Assembly (NCBI GenBank): GCA_964508345.1
Contig: CAZDTK010000001.1
Coordinates: 49,248 to 113,247, forward strand
Length of the DNA stretch: 64,000 nt
Direction of reading: 5' to 3'
Origin: an uncultured Actinomycetes bacterium
GTDB lineage: Bacteria; Chloroflexota; Dormibacteria; Aeolococcales; Aeolococcaceae
Position numbers and translations under genes: made by a program. Under the pieces are notes generated by a model. That model saw nothing but the letters and a program-made list of their open reading frames with translations, did no database searches and had not been told where the DNA came from. Below, in pieces: positions 55,778-64,000 of the stretch (the stretch's first letter is position 1; each line of letters opens with the position of its first letter).

Positions 55778-56965
55778 GTGAAGCTGCTCGAGTACCAGGC
55801 CAAGCGGCAGTTCGCCCGGGTGGGCATCCCGGTGCCCGCCGGCCGGCTGGCGCGGACTCCTGAGGAGGCGGCCGGCGCCGCCCGGGAGCTGGGACGGGTC
55901 GCGGTCAAGGCCCAGGTGCCGATCGGCGGGCGCGGCAAGGCCGGTGGGATCGCCGTCGTGGACACGCCCGAGGAGGCCCATCGCGAGGCGGCCCGCATCC
56001 TGGCCATGGAAATCCGCGGCTACCCGGTGCGCTCGGTGTGGTGCGAGGCCGGTCTGGAGATCGCCCACGAGCTCTACCTCGGCGTCACCCTGGACCGGGA
56101 TCGCCGCCGCCTCGTCCTCATCCTCTCCGCCGCCGGCGGCATGGAGATCGAGGTGGTGGCGGCGGAGTCCCCCGAGCGCATCGCCAAGCTCTGGCCCGAC
56201 CCCTTCGCCGGCCCTCAGCCCTTCGAGATCCGCGCGCTCGCCTTCGCGGCACTGGCCCACGCCCCGGTGCTGGCCGAGAGGCGCGGCCGTCTCGCCGCCC
56301 AGCTCGTGCCGCTCGCCCAGACGCTCCACCGGCTGGCGGTCGACCTCGACGCGGTCACCTGCGAGATCAACCCCCTGGTGATCACCACCGACGGTGGGTT
56401 GGTGGCCGCCGACGGCAAGCTGGAGGTCGACGAGAACGCCGAGTACCGCCATCAGGAGCTCGCCGCCGAGCTGGCCGTCGACCTGGAGGGCGCCGACGGC
56501 AGGACCGGGGAGGACCCCTACGAGGCCGAGGCCAAGCGTCGCGGCCTCACCTACGTCCACCTTCCCGGCGGGAACATCGGCTGCATCGGCAACGGCGCGG
56601 GGCTGGTCATGAACACCCTCGACCTGGTCCAGCAGGTCGGTGGCCGGCCCAACAACTTCCTCGACGTCGGCGGCGGCGCAGGTGCCGAGAAGGTGCGCGA
56701 CTCGCTGGCGATGGTGCTCAGCGATCCCGATGTGCGCGGCGTCTTCATCAACATCTTCGGAGGCATCACCCGCGGCGACGAGGTGGCGCGGGGCATCGTC
56801 CGCGCCCGCGACGAGCTGGGCATCGGCGTGCCCCTGGTGGTGCGGATGACCGGCACCAACGAGGAGGAGGGACGGCGCATCCTCAGCGAGGCGGGGATCA
56901 CCCCCGGCACCAGCGCCCCCGAGGCGGCGCGCAAGATCGTCGAGCTGGTGGGGGGTGACGCATGA
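55778..56965 (+). CDS. sucC: Succinyl-CoA synthetase beta subunit
   Basis: [55 protein letters not shown]. Confidence 0.96.
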   Translation: MKLLEYQAKRQFARVGIPVPAGRLARTPEEAAGAARELGRVAVKAQVPIGGRGKAGGIAVVDTPEEAHREAARILAMEIRGYPVRSVWCEAGLEIAHELYLGVTLDRDRRRLVLILSAAGGMEIEVVAAESPERIAKLWPDPFAGPQPFEIRALAFAALAHAPVLAERRGRLAAQLVPLAQTLHRLAVDLDAVTCEINPLVITTDGGLVAADGKLEVDENAEYRHQELAAELAVDLEGADGRTGEDPYEAEAKRRGLTYVHLPGGNIGCIGNGAGLVMNTLDLVQQVGGRPNNFLDVGGGAGAEKVRDSLAMVLSDPDVRGVFINIFGGITRGDEVARGIVRARDELGIGVPLVVRMTGTNEEEGRRILSEAGITPGTSAPEAARKIVELVGGDA

Positions 56966-57002
56966 GCGCTGCGCTGGGCACGATCGTGCGGGGGCCGGGC
57001 TG

Positions 57003-57878
57003 ATGGCCGTGCTCCTCGACTCCAGCACGCGGGTTCTGGTCCAGGGCATCACCGGCCGAGAGGGCGGCTTCCACACCGAGCGGATGCAGGCCTTCGGAAC
57101 GCGGGTGGTGGCCGGGGTGGTGCCCGGCCGTGGTGGCAGCGAGGCGCTCGGCGTGCCCGTCTTCGACACCGTGGCCGAGGCGGTGGCGAGCACAGGGGCC
57201 GACGCCGCCTTCACCATCGTGCCCCCTCCCTTCGCCGCCGACGCGGTCATGGAGGCGGCCGCGGCGGGGCTCCGGCTTGGCGTCTGCGTCACCGAGGGCA
57301 TCCCGGTACTGGACATGGTCCGGGCCACCGCCTTCGTGGATCGCACATCGATGCGCCTGATCGGGCCCAACTGCCCGGGGGTGATGACCCCGGGCCAGGC
57401 CAAGATCGGCTTCATTCCCAACCACGTGGGCCGGCCCGGGCGGGTCGGGGTGGTCGCGCGCAGCGGGACGCTCACCTACGAGGTGATCCAGGGCCTCTCC
57501 GAGGCCGGCTACGGCGAGACGACCGCGGTGGGCATCGGCGGCGACCCGGTGCTCGGCTCGACGTTCGTCGACATCCTTCCTCTGTTCGCGAACGACCCGG
57601 CCACCGGGGCGGTGGTGCTGGTCGGAGAGATCGGCGGGTCGGACGAGGAGAGGGCGGCGGAGTGGATCCGTTCCACCGGTTTCGACAAGCCGGTCACCGC
57701 CTTCATCAGCGGACGCACAGCCCCTCCGGGCAAGCGGATGGGGCATGCCGGCGCCATCATCAGCGGAACCACCGGCTCGGCGCAGAGCAAGATCGATGCC
57801 CTCGCGGCCGCGGGCGCCGCGGTGGCAGACACCATCGAGGACGTCATCCGCCTGGTGGGCCAGAGCCTGGCGCGTTAG
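57003..57878 (+). CDS. sucD: Succinyl-CoA synthetase alpha subunit
   Basis: [41 protein letters not shown]. Confidence 0.96.
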   Translation: MAVLLDSSTRVLVQGITGREGGFHTERMQAFGTRVVAGVVPGRGGSEALGVPVFDTVAEAVASTGADAAFTIVPPPFAADAVMEAAAAGLRLGVCVTEGIPVLDMVRATAFVDRTSMRLIGPNCPGVMTPGQAKIGFIPNHVGRPGRVGVVARSGTLTYEVIQGLSEAGYGETTAVGIGGDPVLGSTFVDILPLFANDPATGAVVLVGEIGGSDEERAAEWIRSTGFDKPVTAFISGRTAPPGKRMGHAGAIISGTTGSAQSKIDALAAAGAAVADTIEDVIRLVGQSLAR

Positions 57879-60685
57879 CGCTCGGCGGTCGCGACGTCCT
57901 CGGTCGGGTCGCCCTCGCTCGCGTCACCCCGGCTGGTGTCGTCCTCGCCCGCGTCGCCCTGGTCCGTGTTATCCGCGCTCGGGTCGCTCTTGCTGGCGTC
58001 GCCCTCGTGCGCGTCCGCCGTGAACGGGCGCCGCGCCCTCAGCTTGGCCAGGTACATGGCCGCGTCGGCGCTGCGCAGGATGTCGTCGGGGCGTTCCCGA
58101 CCGGCCACGCTCACCGCCACTCCGACGGCGGCGCTGACCGTCACCTCCTCGCCCTCGATCTCGTACGGTGCGGAGAGGCGGCGAGATATGTCCTCGGCGA
58201 TCGCCTCCGCCGCCTCCGGCGTGCGCAGATCCTCCAGCAGGACGGCGAACTCGTCGCCGCCGAGGCGCGCCGCGGTGTCGCTCTGACGGAGGCGCTGACC
58301 GATGCGCTCGGCGACGAGGACCAGCAGCTGGTCGCCGGCCAGATGTCCCAGGTTGTCGTTCACCTGCTTGAAACCGTCGAGGTCCAGGAAGAGCAGGGCG
58401 ATGCGGGCGTCGGGATTGCGGCGGGCCCGCGCCAGACCCTGGGTCAGGCGGTCGAGGAAGAGGGTGCGGTTGGGCAGACCGGTGAGGGAGTCGTGCTGGG
58501 CACCGTAGCGGAGCTTCTCCTCCAGCTCGCGCTGGTCGGTGACGTCGGTGAGCGACCCCACCAGGCGGCTGGCGGAGGCGTCGGGTGCCGCCCGGACCGC
58601 CAGCGCCTGGCAGCGCATCCAGCGGTACGTGCCGTCGGCGGAGCGAACGCGGTGTTCGCACTCCATCACCGCGCGCCTTCCGTCGACGCAGTCGTTGACC
58701 GCCTGTCGCAGCCGTGCGATGTCGGCGGGGTGCACCCGGTCGAACCATTCCTCCGGGCTCGAGCTGATCTCCGAGCCGTGGTGGCCCAGCAGTGCCTTCC
58801 AGCGCTCCGAGTAGTACACGCTGGAGGTGTCCAGCTCCCAGTCCCAGAGACCGTCGTTGGCGGCCCGGGCCGCCAGCGCATAGCGCTCCTCGCTGCGCCG
58901 GATCTCCTCCACCAGGTCGCGCTCCCGCTTGTAGGCGCGGGCCAGGTCCTCGGTCTGAGAGCGGAGCCACTCGGTCATGACCTCGCGTTCGACCGCGACG
59001 CTGAGCAGGGCGTTGTTCTCGAAGTGCAGGTCGCGTCCGGTCACGTGGGTGATCTCGACCGGGACGACCATCCCCATGAGACCGAGATCCATGCCCTTGG
59101 TCCGCACCGGCTGGACCACCGCGATCTCCCCGGGACCCCACTCCACGTCCTCGAGGAGGGCGCGGGTGGGGAAGTCCTCGACCCGCACCTGGGCGGGGAC
59201 GTGCAGGGACAGCCCCTCCCGCACATAGGTGCCCGAGATCCGGAGCAGGTGCTGGTGGCCACCCCCCTCCTCGCGCTCCGCCGTCCACAGTCCGAGGCAG
59301 GCCGCCCGCGCGGTGGTGTGGGCGAGCCAGCCCAGCCGGCGCGGGTCGCCGGTGCTGCCGCTCAGCATGGCCATGCTGAGCTGGTGCTCGCGGCGCATCT
59401 GCAGATGGAGGTCGGTCTTCTCCGTCGACTCCCGCTCGGCCAGCGACCGGGACAGCTCGATCGCCAGCTCGGTGATGCTCGCATCGAACTGCACGGTCCG
59501 CGCGGCGGCGCCCGGGACCGAGCTCAGGTCCTTCCGGTAACGTCGCAGGCAGTCGACCGTGGCGCTGATGGTGGTCCAGCGTGGGCTCACCGAGTACAGC
59601 GCGTGGGCGGCGCCGCGAAAGTCGCAGGGCACCGGTTGCGCCTCGTCGTGGCTGCCCTCCGCGCACGCCGCGATCATCTCCACGGCGCCGTCGAGAGCCG
59701 ATGCCGTCGTCGGGGGAAGGGGCTCAGCGCCCTGGAGCAGGGCCTCGAGGCGGGCGCGGAGCCGCGCCCTGGGCGTCGTGAAGACGAGCGGATCCGGCTC
59801 ACCGCTCGCCGCCACCGTCGCTCCGATGGCGCACCCGCACGACTCGCGGGGCACGAACGTGGTCGGGATCAGATGGCGCCCCACCGCCACCTCCCGCCCC
59901 CCGATCATCTCCAGGAGCAGTTCGGCGGCGCGACGCCCGCTGGCGTCGAATCCCTGGCGCACGCTGGAGAGCGTGGGACGGACCGCGGAGTCGGCGTCGA
60001 TGTCGTCGAAACCGACGATGGCCTGGTCGCGGGGCAGGTGCAGTCCCGCATCGCCGAGCGCCTTCATCACGCCCAGGGCGTTGTAGTCGGTGCCTGCGAC
60101 CACTGCCGTGGAGGGCATGCCGGCCGCGATCAGCGCCCTGCCCGCCTCCTCCCCGGTCCCCTCCAGGTTGTCGGTGGTCTCGAAGAGGAGGCTCTGGTCG
60201 GGAGTGATCCCGTGGGTGATCAGCCCCTCCCGGTACGCGTCGTAGCGCTCCCGGATGTCGGCCTGGAAGAGGCTGCCCACGAAGGCGATGCGCCGGTGGC
60301 CGTGCTCGATCAGATGGTCCACGGCCTGATGGACCCCGCTGCGGTTGTCCGGGCGGACCACCGCGCAGGGGAACCCCTCCACCTCCTGGCTGAGGAGGAC
60401 CACCGCCTTCCCGGCCTCCTGCAGCGCCTCGAGGTAGGCGCGGTCCACGGCGTTGACCACCACCACGAAGCCGGCCACGTGCTCCCAGGTGGCGCGGAGG
60501 CCGTACTGCGGTACCTGCGCCGACATGCCGCCGCGGCTCATGTCCAGGGTCTGGACCGCAACCAGCCGGCCGCCGGCCCCGGTCACGACACCGGCGATCC
60601 CCGAGAGGACGGCGCTCATGTAGCTGCCGGCGACCAGTGGCGACAGCACGCCGACCCTGAGCGGTCCCTCCCGCCTCTCGGCCAC
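57875..60685 (-). CDS. LacI-type sugar-binding domain + PAS + GGDEF diguanylate cyclase
   Basis: [34 protein letters not shown]; [14 protein letters not shown]; [27 protein letters not shown]; no HTH, no EAL. Confidence 0.92.
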   Translation of the reverse strand: MAERREGPLRVGVLSPLVAGSYMSAVLSGIAGVVTGAGGRLVAVQTLDMSRGGMSAQVPQYGLRATWEHVAGFVVVVNAVDRAYLEALQEAGKAVVLLSQEVEGFPCAVVRPDNRSGVHQAVDHLIEHGHRRIAFVGSLFQADIRERYDAYREGLITHGITPDQSLLFETTDNLEGTGEEAGRALIAAGMPSTAVVAGTDYNALGVMKALGDAGLHLPRDQAIVGFDDIDADSAVRPTLSSVRQGFDASGRRAAELLLEMIGGREVAVGRHLIPTTFVPRESCGCAIGATVAASGEPDPLVFTTPRARLRARLEALLQGAEPLPPTTASALDGAVEMIAACAEGSHDEAQPVPCDFRGAAHALYSVSPRWTTISATVDCLRRYRKDLSSVPGAAARTVQFDASITELAIELSRSLAERESTEKTDLHLQMRREHQLSMAMLSGSTGDPRRLGWLAHTTARAACLGLWTAEREEGGGHQHLLRISGTYVREGLSLHVPAQVRVEDFPTRALLEDVEWGPGEIAVVQPVRTKGMDLGLMGMVVPVEITHVTGRDLHFENNALLSVAVEREVMTEWLRSQTEDLARAYKRERDLVEEIRRSEERYALAARAANDGLWDWELDTSSVYYSERWKALLGHHGSEISSSPEEWFDRVHPADIARLRQAVNDCVDGRRAVMECEHRVRSADGTYRWMRCQALAVRAAPDASASRLVGSLTDVTDQRELEEKLRYGAQHDSLTGLPNRTLFLDRLTQGLARARRNPDARIALLFLDLDGFKQVNDNLGHLAGDQLLVLVAERIGQRLRQSDTAARLGGDEFAVLLEDLRTPEAAEAIAEDISRRLSAPYEIEGEEVTVSAAVGVAVSVAGRERPDDILRSADAAMYLAKLRARRPFTADAHEGDASKSDPSADNTDQGDAGEDDTSRGDASEGDPTEDVATAER

Positions 60686-60926
60686 CGGCCTCTCCTAGCG
60701 ACGCTGCACGAGCGGCCGCGTCCGGCGGCCCAGGGCCGGCGAGGCGCAGCCTCGGCCCGATTCTGGCACCAGGCGCGCGCCGGTTCTGAGTGAACGAGGG
60801 GTTGTCATAATCTCTCCACAACTCCTCACCGCTCGTTCGCGTGGGCTTCGCGACGGCTTGGCGGGGACGCCTCCGGCCGGCGGATGGGCCCTCCGCCGCG
60901 GCCTGGACCGGTGCCATAGTCCCGGC

Positions 60927-62114
60927 ATGGACCCGCGCCTGACCGAGGAGCAGCTGGCGGTCCGCCAGGCGGCCCGCGACCTCTCCCGGTCCCGGATCGC
61001 CCCTCGGGCCCGGGAGGTGGACGAGACCTCCTCCTACCCGTGGGACTACGTCGACCTCTTCCGGGCCCACGACATCTACGGCATCCCGTTCTCCCCGGCG
61101 GACGGCGGGGTGAGCGGGAGCGCCCTGACCATGGCCCTCGCCGTCGAGGAGCTGGCCCGCGTCGACGCCACCGCCTCGCTGCTGCTCGCCGTCCAGGCGC
61201 TGGGAGCCACTCCGATCGTGCTCGCCGGCACGGAGGAGCAGCGGCGCCGTCTGCTTCCCGACCTGGCCAGCGGAGCACGGCTTGCCGCCTACGCGCTCAC
61301 CGAGCCCGGGGCCGGCAGCGACCCCGCCGGGATGGAGAGCCGGGCCGTCCGGCGGGGAGCCGGCTACGTCCTCACCGGCTCCAAGACGTTCATCAGCAAC
61401 GGCTCGGTCGCCGCCACCATCGTCGTCTTCGCCAGGACCGACCCGGCGGAGGCGGCGCGGGGGATCTCCGCGTTCGTCCTCGAGGACGCGCAGCAGGCGG
61501 CGGGCTTCCAGGCGACGCCGATCCACGGGAAGCTGGGGATCAGGGGCAGCGACACCGCGGAGCTGCGCCTCGACGAGGTGTTCGTCCCCGAGGCCAACCG
61601 GCTGGGCGCGGAGGGTGACGGGCTGCGGATCGCGTTCGCGGTCCTGGACCGCACCCGCCCCGCCATCGCCGCTCAGGCCGTGGGCATCGCCCAGGGGGCG
61701 CTCGACCATGCCGTCGCCTATGCCCGCGAGCGACATCAGTTCGGCCGGGCCATCGCCGAGTTCCAGGCGATCCAATTCATGCTCGCCGACATGGAGGCGC
61801 AGCTCCAGGCGGCCCGGGCGCTCACCTATCAGGTGGCGCAGCTGCTCGACGACGGTGGTGAGGGGATCACCAGGATGGCGGCGATCGCCAAGCTGGTCGC
61901 CAGCGACATGGCGATGCGGGTGACCACCGACGCCGTCCAGGTGCTGGGCGGATATGGCTTCGTGAACGACCACCCGGTCGAGCGGATGATGCGTGACGCG
62001 AAGATCACCCAGATCTACGAGGGGACCAATCAGATCCAGCGCCTGGTGATCGCCCGCCACCTCCTGGGACCCTCCCCGGATGCCGGCGGAGGCGCGGCCG
62101 CGGGGTCGGCCTGA
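60927..62114 (+). CDS. Acyl-CoA dehydrogenase
   Basis: AYALTEPGAGSD, GSKTFISNG, KLGIRGSDT, RHQFGR, QVLGGYG, IYEGTNQIQR. Confidence 0.96.
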   Translation: MDPRLTEEQLAVRQAARDLSRSRIAPRAREVDETSSYPWDYVDLFRAHDIYGIPFSPADGGVSGSALTMALAVEELARVDATASLLLAVQALGATPIVLAGTEEQRRRLLPDLASGARLAAYALTEPGAGSDPAGMESRAVRRGAGYVLTGSKTFISNGSVAATIVVFARTDPAEAARGISAFVLEDAQQAAGFQATPIHGKLGIRGSDTAELRLDEVFVPEANRLGAEGDGLRIAFAVLDRTRPAIAAQAVGIAQGALDHAVAYARERHQFGRAIAEFQAIQFMLADMEAQLQAARALTYQVAQLLDDGGEGITRMAAIAKLVASDMAMRVTTDAVQVLGGYGFVNDHPVERMMRDAKITQIYEGTNQIQRLVIARHLLGPSPDAGGGAAAGSA

Positions 62115-62286
62115 GGTCTGTCCCCGCGATATCCGGAGCCCCATCTTCTGCACGCGGTGGTTTACCCTTGCCGCCGAGCGCAACCTTCCCCGTCCCCGCA
62201 ACGTATCACCCAGGGACCCCACCCTCCGGGTCCGCGGTCGGGCGACCCCTCGCCCGCATCGCCGGGCCTCAACGGAGCAGATCGAG

Positions 62287-63726
62287 ATGGCATCGAGGAC
62301 CACGCGCCGTCGCCGCTCGCGGTACCGGTGGCTGCCCGGCTGGCTGACCGGCCGGCGGATCATCGTCGCGGCGGCGTTGGTGGTCGTGCTGGTGGTCGGC
62401 GTCTATGGCTACCGCACCCTGGACGGCCTGGCCGGCATCTTCCACACCAACGTGCCGTCGGTGATCGGGAGTCTCATCAAGGGCAAGAGCGGCTCGAGCA
62501 TCGAGACCAACCAGGTTGCCCAGGAGAAGCGGATCAACATCGCCCTCTTCGGCTACGGGGGACCCGGCCACGACGGCGAGTACCTCACCGACTCGATCAT
62601 GATCGTCTCCATCCAGCCGCAGCGGAGCGGTCCGCCCCAGGTCGCCGAGATCTCCATCCCCCGCGACTGGTATGTCCCCATCTACGACCCCTCCGGCCAG
62701 AGAGTCGACGAGGGGAGGATCAACCAGGCGTACGAGGACGGCATCTTCTACGGCGAGGGGGGGCTCCCCGCCGGTCAGACCGACTCCGGCGGGGAGATGG
62801 CGGACGCGGCGCTCACCCACCTGCTCGGCATCCCCATCGACTACTTCGTCGGCCTCGACTTCACCGCCTTCCAGGAGGCGGTGAACGCGGTTGGCGGCAT
62901 CGACGTCGACGTCCCCGCCGGATTCACCGACAACCAGTACCCTGCCTGCGCCGCCGACACCTGCCCCTACGAGACGATCAGCTTCCAGGCCGGGGAGCAG
63001 CACATGAACGGTGCCACCGCTCTGATCTACGCCCGATCGCGGCACGGTGACAACGGCCAGGGCAGCGACTTTGCGCGCAGCCGGCGCCAGCAGCAGATCG
63101 TCGACGCGCTCAAGCAGAAGGTGCTCTCCATCGGCGGCATCGGCGACCTGCCCGACCTGCTCAGCGCACTCGGCGACAACGTGGACACCAACATGAGCAT
63201 CGACGACGCCGAGGCCATCTACAGCCTGGTGAGTGGGGTCAGCTCGTCGGCGATCCTCCACGTCAGCCTGGACGACACCAACTTCCTCTACGACTGCGGG
63301 TATCCGACCGACTGCGGAGCCGACTACCTGTTCGCCCACGACAGCAGCTACGCGACCGTCGCCCACTTCATCCAGAACGTCTTCGTCAGCCCCTCGACGC
63401 TCGCCGAGAAGCCGACCGTGGGCATCGAGGACGCCAGCGGGACCGGCGAGGGGGCCTCCGGCCGCTGGGCCTCGATCTTCACGCAGCTGGGCTGGACGAC
63501 CCAGGACCTGGGCAAGGTCCCGACTCAATCCGGGACAGAGGTCATCGATGAGGGCGGCAGCGCCGACGCAGCGGCAGCTGCCTGGTTCGCGGCATACTTT
63601 GGTGTCCCCGTCACCAAGGTGTCCCCGCCCAGCCCGGGGGCGAGCTCGACCAGCGACGGGGTGCTCGTCGTGCTCGGCCAGAGCGAGGAGAGCGCCTTCA
63701 ACAACGACCCGGGGTACGGGAGCTGA
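62287..63726 (+). CDS. LCP (LytR-CpsA-Psr) family protein with C-terminal LytR_C-like domain
   Basis: Basic N-terminus + TM, LTDSIM, SIPRD, RINQAY, VGGIDV, YARSRH, DFARSRRQQ. Confidence 0.94.
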   Translation: MASRTTRRRRSRYRWLPGWLTGRRIIVAAALVVVLVVGVYGYRTLDGLAGIFHTNVPSVIGSLIKGKSGSSIETNQVAQEKRINIALFGYGGPGHDGEYLTDSIMIVSIQPQRSGPPQVAEISIPRDWYVPIYDPSGQRVDEGRINQAYEDGIFYGEGGLPAGQTDSGGEMADAALTHLLGIPIDYFVGLDFTAFQEAVNAVGGIDVDVPAGFTDNQYPACAADTCPYETISFQAGEQHMNGATALIYARSRHGDNGQGSDFARSRRQQQIVDALKQKVLSIGGIGDLPDLLSALGDNVDTNMSIDDAEAIYSLVSGVSSSAILHVSLDDTNFLYDCGYPTDCGADYLFAHDSSYATVAHFIQNVFVSPSTLAEKPTVGIEDASGTGEGASGRWASIFTQLGWTTQDLGKVPTQSGTEVIDEGGSADAAAAAWFAAYFGVPVTKVSPPSPGASSTSDGVLVVLGQSEESAFNNDPGYGS

Positions 63727-63728
63727 GC

Positions 63729-64000
63729 TTGCGCATCGGGATCCTCACCGGGGGCGGCGACGCACCCGGCCTCAATGCTGCGATCCGGGGGGTGGGGCGG
63801 CGGGCCCTGGCTCACGGTGATACTGTCATCGGTGTCAAGAACGGATGGGCCGGCCTGATCGGTGACGGCGACATCATGGAGCTTGACCGGCGCCTCTTCT
63901 CGGGGATCCTCCAGCTCGGCGGAACCGTGCTGGGCAGCTCTCGCACCAATCCCATGAAGCGCGAGGGCGGCCGCGAGGAGGTTTTGCGCAACCTCGGACG
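63729..64000 (+). CDS. pfkA: 6-phosphofructokinase (3'-truncated; absent from ORF track)
   Basis: TTG start; RIGILTGGGDAPGLNAAIRGV, GWAGLI, GGTVLGSSRTNP. Confidence 0.93.
   Translation, partial: MRIGILTGGGDAPGLNAAIRGVGRRALAHGDTVIGVKNGWAGLIGDGDIMELDRRLFSGILQLGGTVLGSSRTNPMKREGGREEVLRNLG

Noticed and set aside
60700-60840. GGAGAG on the minus strand as glycine riboswitch
   Set aside because: No CCGAAG or CTCTCAGG elements; kept only as an inverted-repeat finding.
1-64000. Many long antisense or alternate-frame ORFs (e.g. 16355-18970, 57662-60793, 59799-62363, 8452-10509)
   Set aside because: Shadow ORFs expected at this GC content; Arg/Gly/Pro-rich, no family motifs, fully overlapping well-supported genes.

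Overview
About 64 kb of very GC-rich bacterial chromosome with ~60 CDS, two tRNAs and one type II toxin-antitoxin module. I found no transposase, integrase, prophage, rRNA or CRISPR array. The gene style (sortase-type C-terminal tails, LCP enzyme, F420 reductase, pervasive leaderless-type promoters) suggests a high-GC soil monoderm such as Candidatus Dormibacterota or a Chloroflexota/Actinomycetota relative; that is inference, not a determination. Order: kdpA(partial)BC, a tandem-duplicated soluble KdpD sensor and a convergent KdpD-type kinase half; Lrp-like, CDP-alcohol transferase, tdh-kbl; ECF sigma plus small putative anti-sigma; MFS; a MoxR/DUF58/DUF4129/DUF4350/SpoIIM/RDD cluster with Pro-rich membrane proteins and ispH; GNAT, DJ-1, DesK/DesR-like system; tRNA-Arg(CCT), DUF3224, patatin, tRNA-Pro(CGG); PfpI, AKR, pdxST, tandem GNAT, AAA-R3H, CPBP protease, tmk; two paralogous Gly-rich/Ig surface proteins; GGDEF-EAL; enoyl-CoA hydratase and FadF; ParA-HTH fusion; MFS, AI-2E, F420 reductase, AKR; vapBC-type TA; sucCD; LacI-sensor GGDEF; acyl-CoA dehydrogenase; LCP; pfkA(partial). 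Best leads for something undescribed: (1) a DesR-type palindrome driving a 44-aa membrane peptide missing from the ORF track, upstream of a DesK-like kinase with two possible N-termini; (2) a ParA ATPase fused to a ParB-like HTH; (3) the twin Gly-rich surface proteins with a near-identical sorting tail and conserved structured leader; (4) the split and duplicated KdpD; (5) candidate AUC/AUA start codons. All family assignments come from motif recognition by eye; no database search was run.
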